Shown here: in pieces, positions 40,909-51,148 of the stretch | Numbering within the stretch: the first letter of the stretch is position 1 | Layout of the letters: every line of letters begins with the position of its first letter | From: a virus | Strand: one strand, 5' to 3' | Virus record (IMG/VR): IMGVR_UViG_3300013280_000002 | Coordinates: 1 to 58,585 of that record | Length of the DNA stretch: 58,585 nt | Made by a program: the position numbers and the translations under genes | The notes under the pieces: generated by a model | Told to the model about the DNA's origin: nothing | The model's database searches: none | Seen by the model: the letters and a program-made list of their open reading frames with translations, nothing else

Positions 40909-42569
40909 TCCGGAGTCTCCGATACTGCAATCGTGGAGGCTACCTGCCCCACATCTTTGTGACTGAACACAATTTGATCTGCGTCAAACCTCACATGCGA
41001 CATAAAGCATACGAAATCCACGTCGGTCTTAGCAAACGAAGTGCCAATCTGAGAAGACAGCGTTAGAATCTCATTTCCGTCTGTGTTTGTGCTACCTGAC
41101 AGAATTCGAGCGAAGATTTTAGTTCCGTTCTTCAGCTGAATCATGATATCCTTGACCCCGTAATAGAGCGGATACCCAATAGATGACACCACAAGGACGT
41201 TCGAAGTGTTGATGACATCCACCTGGATTACAAGATCTGTGTTCCAAGACGGCAGCCAGAACGCGCGTTGCTTGCCTCGTCGCGCGTGGATCCATTTACG
41301 AAGCGCCCAGATGCCCTCACGGGTGTTTTTGATGAACCCGATCGTCTGCATGTGGCGCACCCAATTCGTCGCTGTATCCACTTGAATCGGGCCCGACCCG
41401 TTGTCGAAGATGTCGATCGTGCGAGCAATGCGTTCGCTGAGGTCGCTAACGACAGCAGAACGATCTGTGAGGACGGGCTTGCCCCGATACAGCGGATAGG
41501 CGCCGTTGTCGCCAAGATCCTTGTTCTGCGTAACTTCGAATACACCACTCGCAGTGATATAGCGGTTCGAGCTGCGCTTGTATTCGATACCGCTGAAGGT
41601 GCGTGCAAAGCGCAACGGAGCGACATAACACTTGGGCCAGTTCGTTTCTAGCGGTAGCTTCAGATTGACACCTGTGGGCGTCACTGTGGTGATTTCCAGC
41701 GCTGCAAGCTGGGTGTCAGATACCCATAGCAGGATAAGATCGTTGTCTCGATAGTCTGCGTTGGAAGTATCAAAGGAAATGAACGTCGCGCCTGCGGTAA
41801 GACCGTTCATTAGCGGTGTGACCTCAGCCCACACCGCGATGCCATACACACGATGGGCCCATTGCGTGCTAATAGCTTTGGCTCGACTAAATTGCGATTC
41901 GTCTAGAATGAACTTATGCGAAAAGGCCTGGCGCGGAGCTTCTCGGAGTGCAAGACGCTGTTCGTTGTTGAAGCTGTCAATAATATCTGTTTTCCATGAC
42001 ATTGTCTCGTCGTAGCCGGTCTCTGGCACAAAAGGCCATATGACCACACGGCGTCCTGTGACGAGTAGCTTTGGAGACTCCCCTGGAAAACTAAAGACAT
42101 AGATTGCATCAACAATGGGCGGGCCGTTTGTGCTGATATTGAGCTGGTAAGTCCTTTCTTCCTGCGCTGCAAAGTACGTAGGCGGGGCTTGAGGCTGGGT
42201 GAGGGTAAGACCTTCTGTCCCAGAAGACGCAATTGAGTTGAGTAGCTTAGAAACGCCATACGCATTCCAGACCGTCACGTTTCTAGTCTGGGAAGACGTA
42301 AGGTTGCCCAGTGTGATAGTTCCAGGCTGAACATGGATTCTATTGTAGAAGTCCCAGAAGAACGCCTTACTCTCCTGGCCTGAAATCGCCCAGAGTCCCC
42401 CGTGTATTGTGCGGAATGTAGAATACACGCCTGCCTTCACCTCAGCGCCCGCGATCCATGGCGTAGTCTGGTACGATTGCCAGGCGTAGGAATTAAGGTC
42501 GTTGCTTAGATAAGGGCTGGCTTCTTGCCCTGTCGGGGATCGTCCGATCTGTCCAGAAATCGCAGCCAT
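40905..42569 (-). CDS. distal tail/baseplate-hub-associated protein (554 aa)
   Basis: Called from its position upstream of the L-like gene. No motif recognised. Confidence 0.5.
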   Translation of the reverse strand: MAAISGQIGRSPTGQEASPYLSNDLNSYAWQSYQTTPWIAGAEVKAGVYSTFRTIHGGLWAISGQESKAFFWDFYNRIHVQPGTITLGNLTSSQTRNVTVWNAYGVSKLLNSIASSGTEGLTLTQPQAPPTYFAAQEERTYQLNISTNGPPIVDAIYVFSFPGESPKLLVTGRRVVIWPFVPETGYDETMSWKTDIIDSFNNEQRLALREAPRQAFSHKFILDESQFSRAKAISTQWAHRVYGIAVWAEVTPLMNGLTAGATFISFDTSNADYRDNDLILLWVSDTQLAALEITTVTPTGVNLKLPLETNWPKCYVAPLRFARTFSGIEYKRSSNRYITASGVFEVTQNKDLGDNGAYPLYRGKPVLTDRSAVVSDLSERIARTIDIFDNGSGPIQVDTATNWVRHMQTIGFIKNTREGIWALRKWIHARRGKQRAFWLPSWNTDLVIQVDVINTSNVLVVSSIGYPLYYGVKDIMIQLKNGTKIFARILSGSTNTDGNEILTLSSQIGTSFAKTDVDFVCFMSHVRFDADQIVFSHKDVGQVASTIAVSETPE

Positions 42570-42572
42570 TCT

Positions 42573-43508
42573 TTAAGCCCCCGTGTAACGAATCGCATAC
42601 CCTAGAGTCCCGGAATGATTGGGAGGTGTTGTAGTTGAGTTATTGATACCATCTCGCGACGCCGTGCTCTTACGAAGCCACGGATAGAGTTTCCACTGTT
42701 CGGAACCGTAAGGGATAACGTCGCCCGGGAGGTTATTGTCAATTCTGCAGAAACGAGCATGGGCGAGGCTTGCGACTACAGCGCGCCCGTTCGAACCCAT
42801 ATCAAGAGTCGCCTTGATCGGAAGCAGGATAGACCCGCTATTAAATCCGACAGGGGTAGAGTTAAGAAGCGCCGCAACTAACGACGCCGAGCCGTTATTA
42901 CGCAATCGGGCTGACGTTGCTCCGCTGTTGTAACCATACCATCCTGGAGTTCCATTCGCAGTCGTATAGACGAACGAGGCAGCTACTTCTCCCGTCCAAA
43001 CGGCATAGTTAAACAAGCCTAAACCATTCGTGGAAATGTTCGCGTAACAATACGAATAGATGGTATAGAATTCATTGGCTATATTGATCCCATTATTATC
43101 GCTGGGGTTGTTCACGGCGCTATGTGCGCCAGTGAACCAAGGGCCATATCCGCCGCCATCGATTGTCGTGGTTCCAAACGAGATCTGCTGATAGGAGTCC
43201 GTGTTATAATTGACAACCAGATACACTTCGTCTGGATTGGTGAGAATGTGCAGATCATACGAGATCGGGAACGTGATATAAGAGCCCCCCAGCCTTGCCC
43301 CATGAGGGCTCTTGCCGGAGATTACACCGCCGCTCTGACCAGTGCCACCATAAATCTGGAGATAGATACTGGTAGCAGTTATTTCAAAATAGCTGTTGCC
43401 TTTCCAAAGGATATTTCCCGAGTTAGACCATCCGTTCGCTACGCACCCCGCGATCAGGTTTGTGCGAAGATCCGAAAAGCTGGGGGCCGTGCCCGCAATG
43501 AATGCCAT
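42573..43508 (-). CDS. tail-associated protein of unknown function (311 aa)
   Basis: Lies between the tape measure and the tip genes. Gly/Asn/Tyr/Ser-rich. Visibly more AT-rich DNA. Confidence 0.5.
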   Translation of the reverse strand: MAFIAGTAPSFSDLRTNLIAGCVANGWSNSGNILWKGNSYFEITATSIYLQIYGGTGQSGGVISGKSPHGARLGGSYITFPISYDLHILTNPDEVYLVVNYNTDSYQQISFGTTTIDGGGYGPWFTGAHSAVNNPSDNNGINIANEFYTIYSYCYANISTNGLGLFNYAVWTGEVAASFVYTTANGTPGWYGYNSGATSARLRNNGSASLVAALLNSTPVGFNSGSILLPIKATLDMGSNGRAVVASLAHARFCRIDNNLPGDVIPYGSEQWKLYPWLRKSTASRDGINNSTTTPPNHSGTLGYAIRYTGA

Positions 43509-43517
43509 GTCTCCTCC

Positions 43518-44789
43518 TTACATCTCGATGGCGACATAGTCGCGCCAAGAAGTTCTGTTGATATTTTGCCCCATGATGAAGGCTCTCCCGCCGACAGCTT
43601 TGATGGCCTGAACCGCCTGCAAGGGCGTCATTCCATTTTGATCCACAGTAGAGCTTCCGCCGTTCTGAACAACGTTCTCCACTGTATTATTGAAACCGCT
43701 GACAAAATAGACGCCGTCCAATTCGCCCCAAATGTTATTAGACAAAGAGCTTGATGTAGCGCGGTCGTGAAGAATGATAGGCTCTATCTGGTACTTAGCG
43801 TTCGCAGGAACCTGACAACTATAGCTAACCAGGCCTGCAAGGCAATACGGAGCCCCTTGATTGTCGGGTACGCCCCCGTGAGTAAAGGGCCACATCGCTG
43901 GTTCGTACCACACACCGTCCGGCCTACGAAAATAGAAATTCGTATTGGCGATGACAGTTTTGCCGTGATATGGGAAATAGTTGCCTGTACTAGAGAATCT
44001 TGTGGCAGCAGCGCCCGCCAGTACGCCTGCACAGACGACAGGATATGGGAATTCGGATGGCCGTGCATACGGGAAGAACTTCCCGAGATACCCGTGGGTA
44101 TATACTGGCGTGCCGACCTTCAGCATAAATACGAGGCGCTGTCCATTCACAGATACATAATAAGTGATCGCATTGTTATGAGCAGGAACACCTGAAAGCA
44201 TAGCGCCAGGCTGGGCGTCGAAACTGTTACCAGGCACATAACCTGTGAAAGTTCCCAAAAGCAAATTGTAATAATCTCCGGACGTATTGTGATACGTCCG
44301 GACGCCTAAGAAGATTTCTTCCGTACCGCTTAGCCCCGGAGCCTTCATGATAAGCTCTCTATTTGCTGAGACGGTATCGTATCGAAGAATAGTCCAGGCG
44401 CGAGATTCAGCAGAGAGCTGCCCTTGAGTGACTGGAATCGTGAATGTGTCCCCTACAACGAAGTCCGTTCCACCGTCGTTGATGGTGAAGCTCAGCAAGG
44501 TATTGTTATAAGGCGTTCCAACTGTTGCAGCAGCTTTTGCGCCTGATACAGAACCGACGACGGAGAATGTTCCTCCGTTCGTCGCGGCAGCAGTACAGGT
44601 CAGCGTCCATGTCTCAGTTACGGATGTCGGGGACGCTTCGACGCCTGTGATCGTGCCTGTGCCTGTTCGAGTTCCGCCAATACTTCCTAGAACACCGAAT
44701 CCCCCACACAAGTCCCGAAGAACTGCAAGAAACTGGTAATGTGTATCGTCCCCTCCGCCTTTGGTAAGCGTGCCAATGGAATACGCCAT
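43518..44789 (-). CDS. tail-associated protein of unknown function (423 aa)
   Basis: Immediately downstream of the tape measure. Composition similar to 42573..43508. Confidence 0.5.
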   Translation of the reverse strand: MAYSIGTLTKGGGDDTHYQFLAVLRDLCGGFGVLGSIGGTRTGTGTITGVEASPTSVTETWTLTCTAAATNGGTFSVVGSVSGAKAAATVGTPYNNTLLSFTINDGGTDFVVGDTFTIPVTQGQLSAESRAWTILRYDTVSANRELIMKAPGLSGTEEIFLGVRTYHNTSGDYYNLLLGTFTGYVPGNSFDAQPGAMLSGVPAHNNAITYYVSVNGQRLVFMLKVGTPVYTHGYLGKFFPYARPSEFPYPVVCAGVLAGAAATRFSSTGNYFPYHGKTVIANTNFYFRRPDGVWYEPAMWPFTHGGVPDNQGAPYCLAGLVSYSCQVPANAKYQIEPIILHDRATSSSLSNNIWGELDGVYFVSGFNNTVENVVQNGGSSTVDQNGMTPLQAVQAIKAVGGRAFIMGQNINRTSWRDYVAIEM

Positions 44790-44803
44790 ATCAAATTCTC
44801 CTA

Positions 44804-47800
44804 TCAGTAGCCCAGCGCGCGTTGATTGCGCTGCACTACGTTCATGATCAACTGTTCGCCTTCGTCGGTGCCTAGGTAGTCGCCAACGATTGCCGGATCT
44901 AGCACGTTGATGATCTTCGGGGTGACCACAGTAGGCTGAGCCACCTGTTCCCCTTGACCCTGCGCTGCCGTACCCTTGCGAACCTGTGTTGGCGTGCTGA
45001 CCGACACTTGCTCACCGGGCGTTGCCCTAAATGCTACCATTTGTGAGTCAGCTCCACCAGTACCGCCGACGGTGAAGTTACCGCCAGTCATAAAGCCCTG
45101 AGTCTGCTGCGAGCGGATCGCTGCCACCTGCGCCATACCCTGCGCCACCACGACAGCCGCCATCGCCGCTCCGTAGATACCGCCCTGGGCCAGCGCCTTG
45201 GTTGCGCCCTCGTAGGTGTTCATGATCGCCTGGGTGATTGCCGCAGCCTTACCGATAGCCGCCAGCTCCTTGATGTTGGAGCTCTGCAGGCTGGCAAGCC
45301 CGGAGAAGAAGTTCCGCATGTTCTGCGTCTTCAACTCGTTCTCGCGCTGCGCCAGCTGGACCTTGGCGTTCGAGTGGTCCTGCTCGCTGATCAGATCGTT
45401 CTGTCGCAGCATGTCGAGCTGGGCATAGTACGTCTGGATCAACTCCAGCTGAGCCTGCATCTGACCTTGCATCCCAGCGGTGTCGATGCCCATGCCGCCC
45501 AGCATGCCCATCACCTGCCCTTGTGCGTCGCCCGCAGTGAATCCGCTGCTCGGGTTGGCCAGCAGGTTGCTCATTGCCTCGATCTGCGTGTTGAACGCGC
45601 GGCGCTGCTCGACGCTGTTCGCAAGCATCCGATCCTGAGCTGCCACCAATTCGTTCTGACGTTGCAGCATCTCGATCTTGCTGCGGAGTGCAGCGGTTTC
45701 CTCTTGCGTGAGCGTGATACCCTGCGAGCGCAGATCCTTCTCGATCTTCATGTACTCGGATTCCACCTGACGAGCACGCGAAGACATGCCAAGCAGACGG
45801 ATCTGTTCGTCCATCTCTCGATTCACCTTGCCCAGCGGGTCGATGATGTCCTGATAATGGAACTTGAGAAGCTCGAGGTAACGTGCCTGAGCCTGTGTGG
45901 TTATCAGACCCTTGGCCACTGCCTTGTTGAGCGTCTCCTCGGCCTTGGCCATCTCCAGCTTCGCACCTTCGACCGGAGCGATGGTGTTCAGCAAGCTGCG
46001 CAATTCGTTCTTGAGCTTCTCGAGTTCCTTGCGCTGCTTCTCCAGTTCCTTTTCATCCGGGCCGGGAGCCTTGAAGGTGCCCATCGCTTGGTTCAGATCC
46101 ACGCCGGTCTGGTTGCCCAGAGCCGCAGCGCGTTGCTTGCCGATCTCCTGCGCACGGGTGAAGACGCCATCCACCCATTTCTCCATGAACCCGCCCTGCA
46201 TCTGGAAGCCATCGTCGATGGACTGTGCAATGTTCTGGCCGTAGGTTTCGAAGAACTTCGTATCTACTTGCTTCCGGTCGAACTTGACGGTTTCAAGCAG
46301 ATCCATTCCGACTGCGCTGCGCATCTTATTCACACCGTTGATCACGGTATTCACAAGGTTCTCGACAACACCGACGACCGCGTTATAGGTGCGGTTGAAC
46401 ATCTCTTTGATTGCGTCAGGCACACCAGCGAACGCCCTGACCACAGCGATGCCCAGTCCGGTCAGCAGGCCAGCGATCGCGTCGATGGTGCGCGCGATAC
46501 CTTTTGCCACACCAGCAAAGCCAGAGCCGACACCATCGTAGAAGCTGGTATATTGGGCAAGCCAGGTCTTTACATGTTCCCCGTTGAGGATGCCTATAGA
46601 GGTGAGGGCGGATCCTGCCACAGAGAGTAATCCGTCAAACGTGGACGAGGAGAATTCATAAAGATGTAACAGAGCGCCGCGAATATCTTCGAATACCGCA
46701 ACACCCACGTCCCTCATGGTGGTAAAGTCGTCTATACCTGCATTCATCTTGTCGCCCCACACCACTAGAGCGCCGACCGTTGCTGCGATAGCAGTCGCCA
46801 CTGAGACAAACGGGTGGGCGTTGATGAGTGCAAAGAGGGCCCCTACTCGAGAGATCACGGACGAGAACACGTTCTTCACGCTGTTCAACGCTTGGGCGAA
46901 TAGTGAAGTGGAGCCCGCGGCCGCCGCTGTGGTAGCCGTTGCGGTAGCCTGGGCAGCAGCTACGGCCTGCGTGGCTGCTGCCAGCTGTGCGCTCTGCTGT
47001 GCGGCTCTTGTAGCCTGAGCACTACTTGCCACAGAGGCAGCAGCTTTGGCCGCGGCGAGTTCCATTTCCGCAGCGGTGAGAGTTTTAGCGATGGCGATTT
47101 CTGCACGACGTATGTCTGCAAGACGTGTGGCAGACTGCATGCGACCGATATCGCTGATCTGCGCTTTCATGCGCACAATTTCAAGCTCCCTCTCTGATAC
47201 AAGCTGAGCCTGAGTCCAACGGATTCTATCCGCCGCTGCAGACGCATTCGCAACGGCAGCTCTAGTCGTCACGATAATTCCCGCACCTTCCGCATCAGCC
47301 TTCATTACTGAAGCAATGACCGCCGCGCGATCTGCTTCTGCAGAAGCCAGGGCTGCTAAGGCCTTTTGCCGTGAAGCTTCTGCACTGCCAAGCATGACGA
47401 CGTTACCGGATGCGATAGCAGTGCGTAGTTCGACGAATTCTTTAATAGCTGTGATAATTACGCCAACTTTCATCGTTGCTAGAAATGTCGCGTAAGAAGC
47501 GGCTGCAACACCAAGAGTGCCGATTAGCCTTGATGATACATCCAACACTTCATTCATGTTATTGGCCAAGATTTCCATCGCCTGGCCAAGCGAGTTGCTG
47601 ATGCCCAGCGCGGAATCAGTCTGGCCAATCCAGCGCATGAACGCATCGCTGATCAGCGTGAAGCCTTGTGAGATGGTGAAGGACGCCTTGCCGAACTTCT
47701 CGTCAATCTCTTCAGACCCAGCAAGCATGGCGTCGAAGAACGCCTTGGAGGTCAGCTTACCGTCCAGCATCATCTTCCGGAGCTTGCCGATGCTACCTTC

Positions 47801-48352
47801 GGCGCCGTCAATGTGGTTCGCGACGACTTGCAGGATCGCCGGCGCACCCTCCAGAATAGAGTTGAATTCTTCCGCTCGAACGATGCCGCCACCAAGCGCC
47901 TGACCCATCTGCATCAGTGCGCCCTGCGCTTGCTGTGCGCTGGTGCTGCTGGCCGCAAGAGTCTTGCCCACGTTCTCCGTGAATTTGATCAGCTGGGCCT
48001 GGGACGCGCCAAGCTCCTTACCAGATCGCGCGGTGCGACTGTAGAGCTCGACGATGTCCGTGAAGCCCTGGCGGGTGTTCTGAGCTGTCTTGTAGAGCTG
48101 CTCCTGCACAGCAGCGGCTTCTGCGAAGTCCTTGGTCGCGATGCGGATCTGCCCGGACGCGCTCGCCCATGCGTCAGCATACTTGCGGATCTGATCAACT
48201 GCGATGAGAGCAGTCAGCGCGCCGAGGGCGCGCTTGAGAATATCGACACCGCTTGCGGCTCGCTGCGCAGTGTCGCCAACGTCGTTCAGGTTACGCCGTA
48301 CAACCCGAGAGCCGTCCTCCCGGATTCGGATGTTAATAGTTTCGGTCGCCAT
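44804..48352 (-). CDS. tape measure protein
   Basis: 1182 aa. Ala-rich, helical and repetitive. Lies downstream of the chaperone frameshift pair. Confidence 0.9.
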   Translation of the reverse strand: MATETINIRIREDGSRVVRRNLNDVGDTAQRAASGVDILKRALGALTALIAVDQIRKYADAWASASGQIRIATKDFAEAAAVQEQLYKTAQNTRQGFTDIVELYSRTARSGKELGASQAQLIKFTENVGKTLAASSTSAQQAQGALMQMGQALGGGIVRAEEFNSILEGAPAILQVVANHIDGAEGSIGKLRKMMLDGKLTSKAFFDAMLAGSEEIDEKFGKASFTISQGFTLISDAFMRWIGQTDSALGISNSLGQAMEILANNMNEVLDVSSRLIGTLGVAAASYATFLATMKVGVIITAIKEFVELRTAIASGNVVMLGSAEASRQKALAALASAEADRAAVIASVMKADAEGAGIIVTTRAAVANASAAADRIRWTQAQLVSERELEIVRMKAQISDIGRMQSATRLADIRRAEIAIAKTLTAAEMELAAAKAAASVASSAQATRAAQQSAQLAAATQAVAAAQATATATTAAAAGSTSLFAQALNSVKNVFSSVISRVGALFALINAHPFVSVATAIAATVGALVVWGDKMNAGIDDFTTMRDVGVAVFEDIRGALLHLYEFSSSTFDGLLSVAGSALTSIGILNGEHVKTWLAQYTSFYDGVGSGFAGVAKGIARTIDAIAGLLTGLGIAVVRAFAGVPDAIKEMFNRTYNAVVGVVENLVNTVINGVNKMRSAVGMDLLETVKFDRKQVDTKFFETYGQNIAQSIDDGFQMQGGFMEKWVDGVFTRAQEIGKQRAAALGNQTGVDLNQAMGTFKAPGPDEKELEKQRKELEKLKNELRSLLNTIAPVEGAKLEMAKAEETLNKAVAKGLITTQAQARYLELLKFHYQDIIDPLGKVNREMDEQIRLLGMSSRARQVESEYMKIEKDLRSQGITLTQEETAALRSKIEMLQRQNELVAAQDRMLANSVEQRRAFNTQIEAMSNLLANPSSGFTAGDAQGQVMGMLGGMGIDTAGMQGQMQAQLELIQTYYAQLDMLRQNDLISEQDHSNAKVQLAQRENELKTQNMRNFFSGLASLQSSNIKELAAIGKAAAITQAIMNTYEGATKALAQGGIYGAAMAAVVVAQGMAQVAAIRSQQTQGFMTGGNFTVGGTGGADSQMVAFRATPGEQVSVSTPTQVRKGTAAQGQGEQVAQPTVVTPKIINVLDPAIVGDYLGTDEGEQLIMNVVQRNQRALGY

Positions 48353-48780
48353 CAGATTTCCTCTCGAAGGGCATTCTGCAACAGGCTTCCGGCGCCCTGC
48401 GCAGCAGCGACCCCGACTAAGACTGCCTTCTCAACAAAGCCCGATGGAGCTTGTGCTGACCAGCCGTCATTCAGCCGTCCGATATATGGAAGGTTGTTCG
48501 TGATATGGATTGCGGAACCGCCCTTGTACTTAGCGATCTCCGTCTGGCCTTCTGCGATTGCAGCCTGACCAGTCTGATCGAGTGCGTCGCGCGTCCCACT
48601 AGCAGGCCCACCGAGATTGACCTGCCAGTTGGAACGCGCGCGACCCGTATCCACAGGGGTAGCAATGACCACAGCACTATCAACAGCGAGCGCGACCTTC
48701 CGGGTCATGGCGTCAGCGTTCTTTTCGATACGCTTACCCATCACACGAATCCGTCCCGCGAACTGTCTCAAGTCAGCCAT
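48352..48780 (-). CDS. HK97 gp10-family protein
   Basis: ATPVDTGRARSNWQV is the typical gp10-family motif. Its position between the chaperone and the tape measure is unusual. Confidence 0.6.
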   Translation of the reverse strand: MADLRQFAGRIRVMGKRIEKNADAMTRKVALAVDSAVVIATPVDTGRARSNWQVNLGGPASGTRDALDQTGQAAIAEGQTEIAKYKGGSAIHITNNLPYIGRLNDGWSAQAPSGFVEKAVLVGVAAAQGAGSLLQNALREEI

Positions 48781-49556
48781 CTATTTGCCAGCCCCTAGTT
48801 GCCGCGCGGCGCTCTTCAACTTCTTCGCCTTGAAGTCGAGATAGACCTTGTCGAGTGCCTGTATGTGGTAGAACAGATCCTCGCGTTGCTCTCCCTCGAT
48901 TTCGTTTGCGTCTGCCCACTCCTTTATGGCGAGCCAGCTGATTGGGCCTTCGGTGTTATAGCCAGTTCCGCGACATGTGGTCAAGTCAAGGAAGGCCATA
49001 TGGTACATCTCCAGTCCTAGCAGCAGTTCAGGGGCATTGGCAATCTTCTCCGGTAGCGGTAAGCGTTGTTGAACGCACTGTTGAATGATGAATTTCTCGG
49101 TGGGGCCCTGCTCCAGGTAGTAGAGCAGGACGTCCGTTAGTTTTTTGCGTCCGCTTCCCGCACCTCCGCGCGGAAGAGTGCAGCACGCTGGCTCTGCTCC
49201 TGGATGTCACGGAACAGGTCCGGCAGGTCGTCGAACAGCTTGATGCAGTTCTCGACCGAGAATTCCATCGCGTTGCCGTTCTCGTCCTCGACGTTCTCCC
49301 AGCCGATCACGACGGTCTCGGCGTACACTTCTTTGACGATGCGCTCCACCAGCGCGGATTCCATCGTCTCGTTCTGGATCTGGCGGCGGTAGGGCTTCAC
49401 GCGCGCTTCTATCCGTTTGGCGTAGGCGTTGTTCGAACCTCCCGCACGCGCCACGCGAATGCAGATCGGCTTGCCCTTGCTGTTTTCACCATACTCGAGC
49501 AGGATGCCTTCCCGCTCGAGGGTGTTGTCGGTCTTGAATTGTTTGTAGAGACTCAT
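48781..49556 (-). CDS. tail assembly chaperone -1 frameshift product (G-T-like)
   Basis: The -1 frame is open from the slippery site to the stop at 48781 and is in phase with track ORF 48781..49008. Confidence 0.75.
49137..49556 (-). CDS. tail assembly chaperone (G-like, zero-frame product)
   Basis: 139 aa, between the major tail protein and the tape measure. Ends ...GCA AAA AAC TAA. Confidence 0.8.
   Translation of the reverse strand: MSLYKQFKTDNTLEREGILLEYGENSKGKPICIRVARAGGSNNAYAKRIEARVKPYRRQIQNETMESALVERIVKEVYAETVVIGWENVEDENGNAMEFSVENCIKLFDDLPDLFRDIQEQSQRAALFRAEVREADAKN
49140..49146 (-). promoter_or_regulatory. programmed -1 frameshift slippery heptamer A_AAA_AAC
   Basis: In the X_XXY_YYZ register of the zero frame, immediately before the stop. 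Confidence 0.7.
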
Positions 49557-49614
49557 TAGATCACCTCATGGTGCAGTTTCAGGGCGCGGGCACCATTGCT
49601 CGCGCCCCTGTAGC

Positions 49615-51144
49615 TTACACGCCGCCAGCCACGTCGGGCAAGTAAGAGAAGCTCTGGAAGAGCAGGGTGTGGCCGAATTTGGATTCAGCCGCGTTGTTTT
49701 CCAGAGGCAGAGTGATCGCCTGGTCTTGCTCCACTGCCAGACGACCATCGCCCAGCGACAGCAGCGGGATATCCCACAGCAGCGCGAGGTTCTTCTTCAG
49801 CATGACGATATCGACCGTCACATCGCTGTTATTACGAACAGCCTGCACAGCAGTGACATCCGCAAAGTAGGCCGTCGTGCTGCCGCCCACCTCGAAGGTG
49901 CCCGCGCTGGTGTCGAATGCGCCCAGCACGCCGATCGCCTTGTTCGGGCTCACGTTGTTATTGACGCTCAGCGACATTTCAGTCGCGAAGGCGAACAGCG
50001 GGGTGGGCGCCGCGTCGGTGTTGCTTGCCAGCGCCAGCTTGATACGGCTGAAGTCGCTGGAGGTGTTGAACGCGGAACCGGGAACCAGCGTCGGGCGGGT
50101 GCCGGACTTGACGCCCACGGCGCCGGTGCGCTGTTCGTTATCCACCGCCACGAACGTCATGTCCATGGTGACCTTGTCAGCCTGCGCGATGTTGAGCGTT
50201 AGCTCGTTCGGCACAGCACCTACGAGGTATTCGGACATCGTACCGTTGGCGTCCGCGCCCAGCGTGCGTTCCACCTGATAGGTTCGACGCTTGATCAGCG
50301 CAGGGTCGCTTTCGTTCTTCAGCACCGAACCGAAGAAGACGCGGATGGTCTTACCCGTGCCGACTTCCGCTTGCGGGGTCCAAGACACCTTGTCGAACTC
50401 GAGGTAGGTTGCGTCGATCACGCTCACCCGCGCGAATCCGCGGTTGTTCGTGAATTGCGTGCTGACCGCATCGCCGCCCAGGAACACCCATTCACCAGCG
50501 ATGAGGCCCAGCGTGGTGAAATCGAGCGCACCGCTTGCACGGTTGAGGCGCACCAGCGAACCATTCAGGGTGATATCGACGGTCGCGCTTGCGAACTGGT
50601 AGCCCACAGTCTCGAGCTTGGCAGCAGCAGGCGGAGACGCTTCGTCGGAGATCACCTCGTTGATGACCACAGCGGTCGCGGTGCTCGCACTGGCGACGCT
50701 CTTCAGGCCGTTGTTGGCGGTAACTCCGAAGCCCGACGCCCTGACCAGCTGGTTGGCCAGGAAGCCGGTCAGCCCTGCTGCGGCAGCGTAGGTCTTGGAC
50801 GCGCCGGTGACACCCGTGATCGGCGTTGCAGCCGTGTTCATGGGCGCAGTGGTCTTCTTCTCACGGATGTCTGCGAAGAAGAAGCCTTGCAGCAGGCGGG
50901 TCGTATTGTTGAAGGTCAGATCCTGGTTGAAACCGCCGGAGGCGTCCAGGTCAGTCGTTACACCCTTCTTACGCTGGCGCGACGGGTTGATGGGGTTGCG
51001 GGCCACGGTAGCGATCTGGCCGCCGAAGTCCGCATAGGAGTTCGGTTCCAGAGGATACCAGACCGGCGAACCGGGGAGGGTTTTGAGAGAAGCCTCTTCG
51101 GCGAACCGGAGGCCGGTTACGTTCGAATCGATCTTGTTTGCCAT
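49615..51144 (-). CDS. major tail protein (putative tube subunit, 509 aa)
   Basis: Called from its position upstream of the chaperone pair. No sheath gene is present. Confidence 0.65.
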   Translation of the reverse strand: MANKIDSNVTGLRFAEEASLKTLPGSPVWYPLEPNSYADFGGQIATVARNPINPSRQRKKGVTTDLDASGGFNQDLTFNNTTRLLQGFFFADIREKKTTAPMNTAATPITGVTGASKTYAAAAGLTGFLANQLVRASGFGVTANNGLKSVASASTATAVVINEVISDEASPPAAAKLETVGYQFASATVDITLNGSLVRLNRASGALDFTTLGLIAGEWVFLGGDAVSTQFTNNRGFARVSVIDATYLEFDKVSWTPQAEVGTGKTIRVFFGSVLKNESDPALIKRRTYQVERTLGADANGTMSEYLVGAVPNELTLNIAQADKVTMDMTFVAVDNEQRTGAVGVKSGTRPTLVPGSAFNTSSDFSRIKLALASNTDAAPTPLFAFATEMSLSVNNNVSPNKAIGVLGAFDTSAGTFEVGGSTTAYFADVTAVQAVRNNSDVTVDIVMLKKNLALLWDIPLLSLGDGRLAVEQDQAITLPLENNAAESKFGHTLLFQSFSYLPDVAGGV

Positions 51145-51148
51145 GTGA

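Noticed and set aside
49028-49210. Track ORF 49028..49210 (-) as the frameshift extension of the tail chaperone.
   Set aside because: It is in the wrong frame, +1 relative to the chaperone. The -1 frame is the one that is open to 48781 and matches the slippery heptamer register.
49557-49614. A GC hairpin after the major tail gene as an intrinsic terminator.
   Set aside because: The stem is imperfect (it has a bulge) and no T-tract follows on the transcribed strand. At most it is an RNA-stability element.
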